The notes under the pieces were generated by a model. The model was not told the origin of the DNA and searched no databases. It saw only the letters and a list, made by a program, of their open reading frames with translations. A program made the position numbers and the translations under genes. Below, one piece after another: positions 46,121 to 55,368 of a stretch of 64,000 nt of DNA; position 1 is the stretch's first letter; each line of letters opens with the position of its first letter. The DNA comes from an uncultured Gaiellaceae bacterium (GTDB taxonomy: Bacteria; Actinomycetota; Thermoleophilia; Gaiellales; Gaiellaceae), in the NCBI GenBank assembly GCA_963783705.1, contig CAWAOK010000002.1, positions 29,149 through 93,148 on the forward strand, written 5' to 3'.

Positions 46121-46953
46121 GAGGTCGTCGGCGCGTGTTCGAGGCGGTGCTCTTCGCTGCGACTGCTCTTGCGCTGACGTTCCTGCTGCTGCCCCTCGTG
46201 GCGATCTTCCTCCGCGTCCCGCTCGGCGAGCTCCTGACGCAGCTCTGGAGCGACGTCGCCGTCGATGCGCTGGTCGTCACGCTCGAGACGAATGCGATCG
46301 CGCAGGCGCTCATCCTCCTCGTCGGGACCCCGACGGCGTATTTCATCGCGAGCCGCCGCTTTCGTGGCCGCGCGGTCGCGATCACGCTGATCGAGCTCCC
46401 GCTCGTCCTTCCGCCCGCCGTCGCAGGACTCGCGCTGCTCGCTGCGTTCGGCCGACTCGGATTGCTCGGGAGCACGTTCGAGGTTCTCGGCGTCACGGTC
46501 AGCACGGGCACGAAGGCCGCGGTCGTCCTTGCCGTCGCGTACGTGGCAAGCCCGTTCTACATCCGCGGCGCGATCGCGTCGTTCGAGGCGCTCGACCAAC
46601 CGTTGCTCGATGCGTCGCGCACGCTCGGCGCCGGGTCGGCGAGGACTTTCTTCCGCATCGCGCTTCCGCTCGCGGCGAGGGGGCTCGGCGCGGCCGCGGC
46701 GCTCTCGTTCGCTCGCGGCATCGGCGAGTTCGGCGCGACGATCATGTTCGCCGGCTCGCTCCAGGGCGTCACGCAGACGCTCTCCCTGGCCATCTACGCG
46801 CAGTTCGACCTCGACACCGACGTTGCGCTCGCGCTCGGCGCGCTGCTCGTCGTCGTGTGCGCGACGATCCTCTTCACCGTAAAGCTCCTTCCGTCATGGA
46901 CGCGCTCGAGCTCGACATCGGTCTATCCCTTCGCTCCTTCCGGCTCGAGCTGA
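46117..46953 (+). CDS. modB: Molybdate ABC transporter permease
   Basis: LIELPLVLPPAVAGLALL...LLDASRTLGAGSARTFFRIALPLA...GEFGATIMFAG. The GTG overlaps the upstream TGA. The 3' end overlaps modC by 58 nt. Confidence 0.85.
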   Translation: MRGRRRVFEAVLFAATALALTFLLLPLVAIFLRVPLGELLTQLWSDVAVDALVVTLETNAIAQALILLVGTPTAYFIASRRFRGRAVAITLIELPLVLPPAVAGLALLAAFGRLGLLGSTFEVLGVTVSTGTKAAVVLAVAYVASPFYIRGAIASFEALDQPLLDASRTLGAGSARTFFRIALPLAARGLGAAAALSFARGIGEFGATIMFAGSLQGVTQTLSLAIYAQFDLDTDVALALGALLVVVCATILFTVKLLPSWTRSSSTSVYPFAPSGSS

Positions 46954-47942
46954 CCCTCGCGCTCGGTCGTGAGACCTTCGCGCTGGTCGGCCCGTCCGGG
47001 GCGGGGAAGACGACCGTGCTGCGCGCGGTCGCGGGACTCGTTCAGCCGGAGCGCGGGCGGGTCGTGCTCGACGGCGAGGTGCTGTTCGACGCCGCGACCG
47101 GCACCTCTCTCTCGCCCGAGCATCGCCGCGTCGGGTTCGTCTTCCAGGACTACGCGCTGTTCCCGCACATGTCGGTCGAGCAGAACGTCGCGTACGGGTC
47201 GCGCAACGGCACGGGCCACCTCCTCGAGCGCTTCGGGATCGCCCACCTCGCGCGGGCTCGGCCCGGCGAGCTCTCGGGCGGTGAGCGCCAGCGGGTCGGA
47301 CTTGCACGAGCGCTCGCTCGCGATCCCGGCGTGCTCCTCCTCGATGAGCCGCTGTCGGCGCTCGACCCGCACACGCGCGCGGCGCTGCGACTCGAGCTGA
47401 AGGAGCTTCTCGACGAGCTCGATCTCCCCGTCCTGCTCGTGACGCACGACTTCCACGACGCGGCCGTTCTCGCCGATCGGGTCGCGGCCCTGACGGACGG
47501 GCGTGTGCGGCAGATCGGCACTCCGTCCGAGCTCGTCGCTGCTCCGGCGGATGCATTCGTGGCGAGCTTCACCGGCGCGAACGTGCTCGCCGGAGTGGCG
47601 CGACCCGGAGCTGACGGTCTGACCGAGGTCGCGCTCGCCGACGGAGGGATCGTCTACTCCGTCGACGATGCGCTGGGGGCCGTCGAGGTCGCCATCTACC
47701 CGTGGGACGTCTCGATCTCGCGAGAGCAGCCGCACGACTCGGCCCTCAACCACGTCCACGGGCCGATCACGTCGCTCGTGGTCGTCGGGAACCGTGCCCG
47801 CGTACAGGTGCGGGGTCTGGTCGGCGAGGTCACGGCGGCGTCGGTGGAGCGGCTCGGCCTCGCAGAAGGCGATGTGGTCATGGCGTCCTTCAAGGCGGCG
47901 GCGACGCGGCTCGTGGAACGGGCTTCGCCAGCGGGTCGGTAG
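46896..47942 (+). CDS. modC: Molybdate ABC transporter ATP-binding protein
   Basis: Walker A GPSGAGKTT, LSGGERQRV, LLLDEPLSALD and a C-terminal TOBE domain. I chose ATG (MDALELDIGL) over the longer track start. Confidence 0.9.
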   Translation: MDALELDIGLSLRSFRLELTLALGRETFALVGPSGAGKTTVLRAVAGLVQPERGRVVLDGEVLFDAATGTSLSPEHRRVGFVFQDYALFPHMSVEQNVAYGSRNGTGHLLERFGIAHLARARPGELSGGERQRVGLARALARDPGVLLLDEPLSALDPHTRAALRLELKELLDELDLPVLLVTHDFHDAAVLADRVAALTDGRVRQIGTPSELVAAPADAFVASFTGANVLAGVARPGADGLTEVALADGGIVYSVDDALGAVEVAIYPWDVSISREQPHDSALNHVHGPITSLVVVGNRARVQVRGLVGEVTAASVERLGLAEGDVVMASFKAAATRLVERASPAGR

Positions 47943-47951
47943 ATTCAAGCT

Positions 47952-49418
47952 GTGGCCGTTGCGACCGACCGCGAGTACGGGCTCTTCATCGGTGGAGAGT
48001 CGACCGAGCCGGCGACCGGCGAGGTTCGCGATCTCGTCGAGCCGGCGACCGGCGATCCGCTCGCGCGCGCCGCGATGGCGGGTGAGGCGGACGTGGATCG
48101 CGCGGTGGAGGCTGCGCGCGCTGCGGTCGAGGGCGATTGGGGGCGCACGCCGGGCACCGAGCGCTCGCGCCTTCTGCACGCTCTCGCGGACGCGATCCAC
48201 GCGAACCGCGCCGAGCTCGCGGAGCTCGAGGCGCGAAACGTCGGCAAGGCGATCTCCTCGGTGAAGGCGGAGCTGCACCAGGCAGTCGAGAACTTTCGCT
48301 TCTACGGCTCCGCGATCGCGACGATCTCCGGCCGTTCCAACCCGATCGGCGGCTCGCTCCTCTTCTACTCGTTGAAGGAGCCTGTCGGCGTCGCGGCCCA
48401 GATCGTCCCGTGGAACTACCCGCTGATGATGGCCACGTGGAAGCTCGCGCCGGCGCTCGCGGCGGGCTGCTCGGTCGTGCTGAAGCCCGATCCGCAGACG
48501 CCGCTGACGGCGATCCGACTCGCGGAGCTCGCAGCCGAGGTCGGGTTCCCGGCGGGCGCGCTGAACGTCGTACCCGGCGACGGCCCGACGACAGGCGCGT
48601 ATCTGGTGAAGCACCCCGGCGTCGACAAGGTGGCGTTCACCGGGTCGACTAAGACGGGCGGCGAGATCATGCGGCTCGCGTCCGATCCGGTGAAGCGGGT
48701 CACGCTCGAGCTCGGCGGGAAGAGCCCAAACCTCGTCTTCGCGGATGCCGATCTCGCGAGTGCGCTGCCGAGCTCGGCCTGGTCGATCTTCTACTCGGCA
48801 GGCCAGAGTTGTGAGGCGCGCTCGCGGATGCTCGTCGAGAAGCCGCTGTACGACGAGGCGGTGTCACGCATGGCCGAGCTCGCCGGCGGCATCAAGGTCG
48901 GCGACCCGCTCGATCCGGAGACGCAGATGGGCTCGCTGGTCTCCACGGCACACCGCGATCGCGTGCACGGCTTCGTCGAGCGCGCCGGCGACGGCGCGGA
49001 GGTGCTCGCGGGCGGCGCGCTTCCCGACGGGCCGGGCGCCTTCTATCCCCCGACGGTCGTCGCGGCGACCAACGACGCAGAGATCGCGCAGGAGGAGGTC
49101 TTCGGCCCGGTCGTCACGCTGATCCCGTTCGACGACGAGAAGGACGCGATCCGCATCGCGAACGACGTCCGCTACGGGCTCATGGCGACGGTCTGGACGG
49201 GCGATCCCGCACGCGGGCACCGCATCGCCGCTCGGATCAAGTCGGGCACGGTCGGGATCAACATGCCGTATACGGCCTTCCCGGGGATTCCGTTCGGCGG
49301 CTACAAGCAGTCCGGGTTCGGACGCGAGCTCGGCCTCGAGACGCTCGATCTCTACCTCGAGACGAAGAGCGTCATCGTCTCCACCGGCGCACGGCCGATC
49401 AACCCCTTCGGGCTGTAG
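47952..49418 (+). CDS. NAD(P)-dependent aldehyde dehydrogenase
   Basis: VPWNYPL, FTGSTKTGGEI, ELGGKSPNLVF, the catalytic GQSCEA context and EEVFGPV. Confidence 0.9.
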   Translation: MAVATDREYGLFIGGESTEPATGEVRDLVEPATGDPLARAAMAGEADVDRAVEAARAAVEGDWGRTPGTERSRLLHALADAIHANRAELAELEARNVGKAISSVKAELHQAVENFRFYGSAIATISGRSNPIGGSLLFYSLKEPVGVAAQIVPWNYPLMMATWKLAPALAAGCSVVLKPDPQTPLTAIRLAELAAEVGFPAGALNVVPGDGPTTGAYLVKHPGVDKVAFTGSTKTGGEIMRLASDPVKRVTLELGGKSPNLVFADADLASALPSSAWSIFYSAGQSCEARSRMLVEKPLYDEAVSRMAELAGGIKVGDPLDPETQMGSLVSTAHRDRVHGFVERAGDGAEVLAGGALPDGPGAFYPPTVVAATNDAEIAQEEVFGPVVTLIPFDDEKDAIRIANDVRYGLMATVWTGDPARGHRIAARIKSGTVGINMPYTAFPGIPFGGYKQSGFGRELGLETLDLYLETKSVIVSTGARPINPFGL

Positions 49419-49441
49419 ACGGCGGGAGCTACCGGTGGGCG

Positions 49442-50578
49442 GTGCTCGCCGCCGGGACGCTGGCGCAGGCGAGCTTCTCCGCGCTCGCCATCGGGATTCC
49501 CGTGCTCGTTCCCACCCTTCGCGAGGAGTACGACCTCTCGCTCGCGCAGATCGGCGTGCTGCTCGCGGCGGAGTGGGTAGGTGCGCTGGTGACGATGCTT
49601 CCGTGGGGGATCGCGGCCGATCGGTTCGGGGAGCGACTCGTTCTCGGGCTCGGGCTCGGCGGCTGCGCCGGGTTCCTCGTCGGCGCCGCCTATGCGCCCG
49701 ACTTCGAGTCGCTCGTCGTCCTACTCGCGCTCGCCGGTGGTGCCGGTGCGAGCGTCAACTCCGCGAGCGGGCGCGCGGTGATGCACTGGTTCGGCGCCGA
49801 GGAGCGGGGTCTCGCTCTCGGCGTGCGTCAGACCGCGGTGCCTCTCGGTGGGCTCGTCGCCGCGCTCGTCGTGCCGCAGCTCGGCTCGTCGGACGATGCC
49901 ACAGCCGGGTTCCTCTTCTTCGCCGCGCTGTGTGCGGCGGGCGCGGTCGTCGGGGCAGCCGTCATCCGCGGGCGCGATAGCGAGCAGCACGAGCTCGAGC
50001 CGGCGACGCTCGCGCGGACGCTCCGTGACGGCCGGCTCTGGCGCCTCGCGCTCGGCAGCGGGATCTACGTCTATGCGCAGATCGCGATCATCGGCTTCGG
50101 CGTCGTCTTCCTCCACGACGAGCACGGGCTCACCGAGCGGGATGCGGCTCTGGTCATTGCCGCGGCGCAGGTGCTCGCAGTTGGAACCCGGATCGGGACG
50201 GGCCGCTGGTCCGACGTGGTCGGGTCGCGGATCGGCCCCCTGCGGCAAGTCGGGATCGTCGTGGCGGTGAGCCTCGGCGTGGTCGCTGCCCTCGCCGCCG
50301 GGCCGGTATGGCTGCTCGTTCCTGCGCTCGCTCTTGCGGGCGGCCTGTCGATGGGGTGGAACGCGCTCGCGTTCACCGCAGCCGCCGAGCTCGCAGGACC
50401 GGCGAGAAGTGGCGCGGCGATCGGCTTCCAGCAGTCGGTGCTGTCCGGGATCGCGATCGCCGCCCCCATTGTCTTCGCAACGACGGTGTCCAGCTCGTCC
50501 TGGGCGGTCGCGTTCCTGCTCGCGGCGCTGGTGCCGCTCGCCGGGCGGTTGGCGCTGCGACCTCTGCGGGCTTACTAG
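49442..50578 (+). CDS. MFS transporter
   Basis: 12-TM-like hydrophobic profile with a DRFGER motif after TM2. The TAG stop falls in the first bases of the palindromic element at 50575. Confidence 0.8.
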   Translation: MLAAGTLAQASFSALAIGIPVLVPTLREEYDLSLAQIGVLLAAEWVGALVTMLPWGIAADRFGERLVLGLGLGGCAGFLVGAAYAPDFESLVVLLALAGGAGASVNSASGRAVMHWFGAEERGLALGVRQTAVPLGGLVAALVVPQLGSSDDATAGFLFFAALCAAGAVVGAAVIRGRDSEQHELEPATLARTLRDGRLWRLALGSGIYVYAQIAIIGFGVVFLHDEHGLTERDAALVIAAAQVLAVGTRIGTGRWSDVVGSRIGPLRQVGIVVAVSLGVVAALAAGPVWLLVPALALAGGLSMGWNALAFTAAAELAGPARSGAAIGFQQSVLSGIAIAAPIVFATTVSSSSWAVAFLLAALVPLAGRLALRPLRAY

Positions 50579-50744
50579 AGGCTTGATGCGGGTTAGACGC
50601 ACGCACGGATGGGGGCCTGCACACGGTGCAGCGCCGGCGTCTCGATCGGCATCCAGGCTTCGAGCCTGCATGCCGATCGAGCCACCACCGCTGCTTGGTG
50701 CATGCCCTCCCCGTAGGCACGTCTAACCCGCATCAAGCCTCTAG
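50575..50744. mobile_element. 170-bp foldback element with perfect 25-bp terminal inverted repeats (MITE-like)
   Basis: CTAGAGGCTTGATGCGGGTTAGACG at 50575-50599 and its exact reverse complement at 50720-50744. The interior is also palindromic (CTCGATCGGCAT...ATGCCGATCGAG around CAGGCTTCGAGCCTG). No coding capacity. It sits between two co-directional genes. Confidence 0.5.
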
Positions 50745-50753
50745 GCTCCGGCG

Positions 50754-51776
50754 ATGCGTGTTCTCGAGAGGCTCGACGAGCTCTACGCGATCGGAGGCGG
50801 GCCGGGTGCGAACCGACCGCACGGGTCAGCCGCCGAGGATGAGGCGCACCGGTTGGCGGCGTCGTGGTGCGAGGAAGCGGGGCTTGCAGTCGAGGTCGAC
50901 CGCCACGGCAACCTCTTTGGACACGTCCTGGGGTCAGGTCCTGGGACACGTCCAGTATGGACGGGATCGCATCTCGACACCGTCCCTCAGGGAGGACGCT
51001 TCGACGGCACGCTTGGCGTCGTGGCTGCGATCGAGGCCGTCGAGCGCGTTGGCGCCGGTTCCGTGGTCGTGTTTCGCGGTGAGGAGGTCGGTTGCATCGG
51101 AAGCCGTGCGCTGGTCGCCGCCGGAGATCCGCTGCCACGCGCGTTCCTCGAGCTTCACGTCGAGCAGGGTCCGGTGCTCGCCGACGCGGATGTCCCGCTC
51201 GGAGTCGTGACCGGAATCGTCGGCTACGCACGCGGAGAGCTCGTTCTCGAGGGCCGCGCTGGACACGCGGGAACGACCCCGATGGCTGGGCGCGACGACG
51301 CTCTTGTCGCGGCGGCAGCGGAGATTCAACGGGTCCGCGACGCGGCTCGTGCGATCCCGAGCGCCGTGGCGACCATCGGGAAAGTCGAGGTCGAGCCAGG
51401 TGGCGCCAACGTCATCCCGTCTCGTGTGTGGATGAGTCTCGACGTGCGCGCGCCTGACGTCGAGCGGCTCGACGCGCTGATTCGGGAGATCGGATTCGAG
51501 CCGGGGTATCGCGTCGAGCCTGCGCAGTTCGCGGGGACGGCTCCGCAGGCGCTGCGCGCTGCGATCGGGGCACGTGGCCTGCCGCTCGTCGAGCTCGCGT
51601 CAGGGGCCGGTCACGATGCTGGCATCCTTGCTGCGGCCGGCGTCGATGCGGCAATGCTCTTCGTGCGCAGCCTCAACGGCGGCGTCAGCCACTCGCCGGA
51701 CGAGCTCTCCTCGGACGACGACGTCGCGCTGGCGGTGGACGTCCTCGCGGACGCGCTGGCCGCTACGACTCGCTGA
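50754..51776 (+). CDS. M20-family amidohydrolase (allantoate amidohydrolase / N-carbamoyl-amino-acid hydrolase type)
   Basis: RVLERLDELYAIGGGPGANRPHGSAAEDEAHRL...TGSHLDTVPQGGRFDGTLGV...GHAGTTPM...SGAGHDA...GGVSHSPDE. At 340 aa it is shorter than the family members I recall. Confidence 0.7.
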   Translation: MRVLERLDELYAIGGGPGANRPHGSAAEDEAHRLAASWCEEAGLAVEVDRHGNLFGHVLGSGPGTRPVWTGSHLDTVPQGGRFDGTLGVVAAIEAVERVGAGSVVVFRGEEVGCIGSRALVAAGDPLPRAFLELHVEQGPVLADADVPLGVVTGIVGYARGELVLEGRAGHAGTTPMAGRDDALVAAAAEIQRVRDAARAIPSAVATIGKVEVEPGGANVIPSRVWMSLDVRAPDVERLDALIREIGFEPGYRVEPAQFAGTAPQALRAAIGARGLPLVELASGAGHDAGILAAAGVDAAMLFVRSLNGGVSHSPDELSSDDDVALAVDVLADALAATTR

Positions 51777-52170
51777 ACGAGATGTCCTGGGCGCCGTCCC
51801 AGAGCATCCGCCGACCGAGCTCGCGGAGATTCTCGTTCCCGGACACGATCGTCGCGAAGTGGTTGCCCGCGAGCGCGCCCGCTTTGCTCGCGAACGCGAC
51901 GTAGCCGTACGCGAGCAGGAGCTCGGTCTCGCTGACGCCACCGGGATAGAAGATCAACTCGCCGGGGCTCGGGTAGCTCGTCGCGTTCTCCGGCCCGACG
52001 CCGACGTCGAGGTCGCCCATGGGGATCCACCCGCCCTCGCCCGACCAGCGGACGTGGATGATCTTCGAGTCGAGTGGGAGCATCTTGCGAAAGGCGGCGA
52101 CGGTATCGGGCGCTGCCTCTTCCTCGAAGCGGGCTGTGAAGGAGAAGCCGCCTGCGGTGATCTCGAGCAC
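51763..52170 (-). CDS. DUF3830-like (cyclophilin-like fold) protein
   Basis: MLEITAGGFSFTARFEEEAAPDTVAAFRKMLPLDSKIIHVRWSGEGGWIP. Family call is by pattern recall only. Confidence 0.55.
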   Translation of the reverse strand: MLEITAGGFSFTARFEEEAAPDTVAAFRKMLPLDSKIIHVRWSGEGGWIPMGDLDVGVGPENATSYPSPGELIFYPGGVSETELLLAYGYVAFASKAGALAGNHFATIVSGNENLRELGRRMLWDGAQDISFSES

Positions 52171-52179
52171 TGGCCGACC

Positions 52180-53343
52180 CTAACGACTCGTCGCTACCCA
52201 GGCGGCGAGGAGTTCGCGCTCTTCCGCGGTCATCCCGGTTGCGTTACCGGGAGGCATCGCCTGGGTCAGCACGGCCTGGCGCTCGATGTCGTCGACGCGC
52301 GCTTCGATCTCCTCCTGCTTCTCCAGGCGGACGCCGAGCGGCGCCGAGGCGCCGGAGTGACACGACGCACAGCGCTCAGTGATGATCGGCTGGATCTGGT
52401 CGAATGCGACAGGGCCACGAACGTCGGATCCCGCGGTCTCCGGCTTCAGCCAGAACGCGAGCGCGACAACGCCTACGGTGGCCGCCGCGGGGATCCACCA
52501 CTCGCGGCGCCCCATGTGCCAGCGGTTGAAGAACACGCGGATCAGCGCCGTCAGCACCGCGATGGCGACGAAGACGAGCCACGCCTCGTCGGCGCCGAAG
52601 ACGAACGCGAAGTGGCCGGCCAGCATCGTGAAGAGCACCGGCAGGGTGAGGTAGTTGTTGTGCACCGAGCGGTTCTTGGCTTCGAGAAGCGGCGCCGCGT
52701 CGGGCTCGCGGCCGGCCTCCATCGCGGCGACCAGCTTGCGGTGCGCGGGGATGATCACGAAGAAGACGTTCGCGGCCATGATCGTCCCGAGCATCACGCC
52801 GACCTGGAGATACGCGGCGCGCGGCGCCAACAGCTCCCCCGCGCCCCAGGCCGCCACAGCAACGAGCCCCGTGCCGACGACCGCGAGTGCGACCTGGCTC
52901 CGCTGTCCAACCGTGCGGCAGAGAACGTCGTAGACGATCCACGCGAGCGCGATTCCAGCCACGCTGAGGGCGATCGCCTGCCACTCGTCGAGGTTGGCGG
53001 CATCGGCGTCGACCAGCCGCAGTCCTGCGTCGAAGTAGTAGAGGACGACCATCAGCGCGAAGCCCGAGAGCCACGTCGTGTACGCCTCCCACTTGAACCA
53101 GTGGAGCGGTTCGGGCATCTCGGCCGGTGCGAGGCGGTACTTCTGCGAGTGGTAGAGCCCGCCGCCGTGGACGCCCCAGAACTCGCCTGCGACGCCCGCG
53201 TCGGCGTCCTCCTCGCGCTTCGGTGCGCGCAGCGCCAGGTCGAGGCGGACGAAGTAGAACGACGCTCCGATCCACGCGATCCCGGCGACCACGTGGAGCA
53301 TCCGCAGGAGGACGTCGAGAACGTCTCTCAGGTACGGGTCCAT
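52180..53343 (-). CDS. puuD: Membrane urate hydroxylase PuuD-like protein with a C-terminal cytochrome c motif
   Basis: Polytopic membrane protein (HVVAGIAWIGASFYFVRLD...) ending in a soluble tail with the CASCH haem-c motif. It is embedded among HIU hydrolase and OHCU decarboxylase genes. Confidence 0.75.
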   Translation of the reverse strand: MDPYLRDVLDVLLRMLHVVAGIAWIGASFYFVRLDLALRAPKREEDADAGVAGEFWGVHGGGLYHSQKYRLAPAEMPEPLHWFKWEAYTTWLSGFALMVVLYYFDAGLRLVDADAANLDEWQAIALSVAGIALAWIVYDVLCRTVGQRSQVALAVVGTGLVAVAAWGAGELLAPRAAYLQVGVMLGTIMAANVFFVIIPAHRKLVAAMEAGREPDAAPLLEAKNRSVHNNYLTLPVLFTMLAGHFAFVFGADEAWLVFVAIAVLTALIRVFFNRWHMGRREWWIPAAATVGVVALAFWLKPETAGSDVRGPVAFDQIQPIITERCASCHSGASAPLGVRLEKQEEIEARVDDIERQAVLTQAMPPGNATGMTAEERELLAAWVATSR

Positions 53344-53768
53344 CGATCCCTCGCGATCGCGACGAGCTCGCGGCAGCCCGTGTCGAGCTCCTCCTCGCGC
53401 GTGTTCGCGATCCGGTCACGGAGCACCTCGAGGATCTCGGCCTTCGGCCGCCCGTTCACGAAGACGACGAAGCGGAAGCCGAACTTCTCCTCGTAGACCT
53501 GGTTCAGATAGGCGAGGTCGGAGAGCACGACCGGATCCGAGTCTTCCCCCTGCTCCGCGATCGACCGTGCGGACAGACCCGAACGCTGCCCGATCGCGGG
53601 GTGCGCCGCGAGGGCCTCCACCTTCCCCGTCTCGTCGAGCGTCCTGATCGCGCCGTCCGCCTGGTCGAGCGGGTTCTCGAGCTCGGCGAGATGCTCGACG
53701 AGGCGCGTGCGGCTCTCGAAGAGCTCGCTCAGCTCGTCGACGGTCAGCTGCCGCGGTAGCTCGCGCAT
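53328..53768 (-). CDS. uraD: 2-oxo-4-hydroxy-4-carboxy-5-ureidoimidazoline (OHCU) decarboxylase
   Basis: AAHPAIGQRS...YEEKFGFRFVVFVNGRPKAEIL pattern, 146 aa. Confidence 0.85.
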   Translation of the reverse strand: MRELPRQLTVDELSELFESRTRLVEHLAELENPLDQADGAIRTLDETGKVEALAAHPAIGQRSGLSARSIAEQGEDSDPVVLSDLAYLNQVYEEKFGFRFVVFVNGRPKAEILEVLRDRIANTREEELDTGCRELVAIARDRWTRT

Positions 53769-54037
53769 CCGTACGGCGAGATGAGGAGCGGAATGTGATG
53801 GTGGCCCTCGCCGAGCTCGACTTCGAGCTCGACGCGTGTGAAGAACGGCGACGGCGGCCAGAACACGATCTCGTAGCGGCCAGGCTCGAGGTCACGGGCA
53901 AGCTCCGCGACGCGGCCGTCACCGTCGGTCTCACCCGCTGCGAGCACCTCTCGCTGCCGCGCCAGCTCGACGCGCACTCCTGTGGCCGGCTTTCCCGCTG
54001 CCGTGTCGAGCACGTGAGTGGAGACGGATGCGCTCAT
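53744..54037 (-). CDS. uraH: 5-hydroxyisourate hydrolase (transthyretin-like)
   Basis: STHVLDTAAGKPATGVRVEL...TDGDGRV...HHHIPLLISPYGCASYRGS, including the C-terminal YRGS signature. Confidence 0.9.
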   Translation of the reverse strand: MSASVSTHVLDTAAGKPATGVRVELARQREVLAAGETDGDGRVAELARDLEPGRYEIVFWPPSPFFTRVELEVELGEGHHHIPLLISPYGCASYRGS

Positions 54038-55368
54038 GCGGAGAATCTTCGCGCCTGCACCCGATGGGCACGCGCGATCTCGTCGGCGTCAGCATGGACG
54101 AGCGCACCTCCGCGCACGACGTCCTCGCCTTCGACGACGAGACGATCCACGCGGTGCGGCGCCGAGAAGACGAGCCCGGCGACCGGATCGTCCGCGCCTC
54201 CGAGCTCCAGACCGTCGGTGCGCCACACGGCGAAGTCGGCGCGCTTTCCCGGCTCGAGCGAGCCGATGTCGTCGCGGCCGAGGACAGAAGCGCCACCGCG
54301 CGTGCCCAGCGACAGCGCCTCGCGCGCGGTCATCGCCCGTGGCCCGCCCCGGCCGCGCGCGACGAGCAGCGCCTGCTTCACCTCTGCGAGCAGGTCGCTT
54401 CGCTCGTTCGACGCCGAGCCGTCGACGCCCAGGCCGACGCGGACGCCCGCGTCGAGGTACTCGCGGACGGGTGCGACACCCGCGCCGAGCCGGAGATTCG
54501 ACGTCGGACAGTGCGCGACACCTGTCCGCGATCCAGCGAAGTCCGCGGTGTCGTCGGCCGAGAGGTGGACACAGTGGGCGCACCACACGTCGGGGCCGAG
54601 CCAGTCCAGGTCGGTCAGGTACTCGACGGGCGTGCAGCCGTAGAGCTCCATGCAGTACGCCTCTTCCTCCACAGTCTCGGCGAGGTGGGTGTGGAGCGTC
54701 AGGCCGAGCTGGCGGGCAAGCGTCGCCGACTCTGTCATGAGCTTCTTCGTGACCGAGAACGGCGAGCAGGGCGCGACGGCGATCTGGACGCGCGCCCCCG
54801 GCCCCGGCTCGTGCAGCTCGGCGACGAGCCGCTCGGTGTCGGCGAGCACGACGTCGAGGTCTTCGACGAGCTGGTCGGGGGGAAGCCCGCCGTCGGACTC
54901 GCCGAGATCCATCGAGCCGCGCGAGGCGACGATACGGACGCCAAGCTCGCGCGCTGCCTGGACCTCAGCCTCGATCAGGCCGGTACGGCCGCGCGGGAAG
55001 ACGTAGTGGTGGTCGAAGACGGTCGAGCAGCCGGAGAGCGCGAGCTCCGCGAGACCCGTTCGGGCAGCGGCGTACTCCGCCTCGGCGTCGATCCGCGACC
55101 AGACCGGATAGAGCTCGCGAAGCCATCCGAACAGGTCGGCTTCCTGCGCCCGGGCGCGCGTGAGGGTCTGGTAGAGGTGGTGGTGCGTGTTGACGAGACC
55201 GGGCGTCACGACGGCGCCGGCGAGGTCGACCCGCTCGTCGGCCTCGGGCTCGGCTCCGCCGCCGACTGCGGCGATCACGCCGTCCTCGACGAGGAGCCAG
55301 CCGGACTCGTATTCGGTCGCAGAGTCGTCACAGGTGACGACCCAACCGGACGTGTACAGAACGGTCAT
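54034..55368 (-). CDS. Amidohydrolase of the 8-oxoguanine/guanine deaminase group
   Basis: Metal ligands in LVNTHHHLYQ, HTHLAET, AHCVHL and GVDGSASN. Purine-catabolic neighbourhood. Confidence 0.75.
   Translation of the reverse strand: MTVLYTSGWVVTCDDSATEYESGWLLVEDGVIAAVGGGAEPEADERVDLAGAVVTPGLVNTHHHLYQTLTRARAQEADLFGWLRELYPVWSRIDAEAEYAAARTGLAELALSGCSTVFDHHYVFPRGRTGLIEAEVQAARELGVRIVASRGSMDLGESDGGLPPDQLVEDLDVVLADTERLVAELHEPGPGARVQIAVAPCSPFSVTKKLMTESATLARQLGLTLHTHLAETVEEEAYCMELYGCTPVEYLTDLDWLGPDVWCAHCVHLSADDTADFAGSRTGVAHCPTSNLRLGAGVAPVREYLDAGVRVGLGVDGSASNERSDLLAEVKQALLVARGRGGPRAMTAREALSLGTRGGASVLGRDDIGSLEPGKRADFAVWRTDGLELGGADDPVAGLVFSAPHRVDRLVVEGEDVVRGGALVHADADEIARAHRVQARRFSA

Noticed and set aside
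46923-48614. Long antisense ORFs here, and at 51574..53496 (+), 58009..59787 (-), 12795..14582 (-), 21588..23480 (+), 54028..55917 (+) and 59757..61127 (-)
   Set aside because: All are Arg/Pro/Gly-rich translations opposite genes with clear family motifs. None has recognisable domains.
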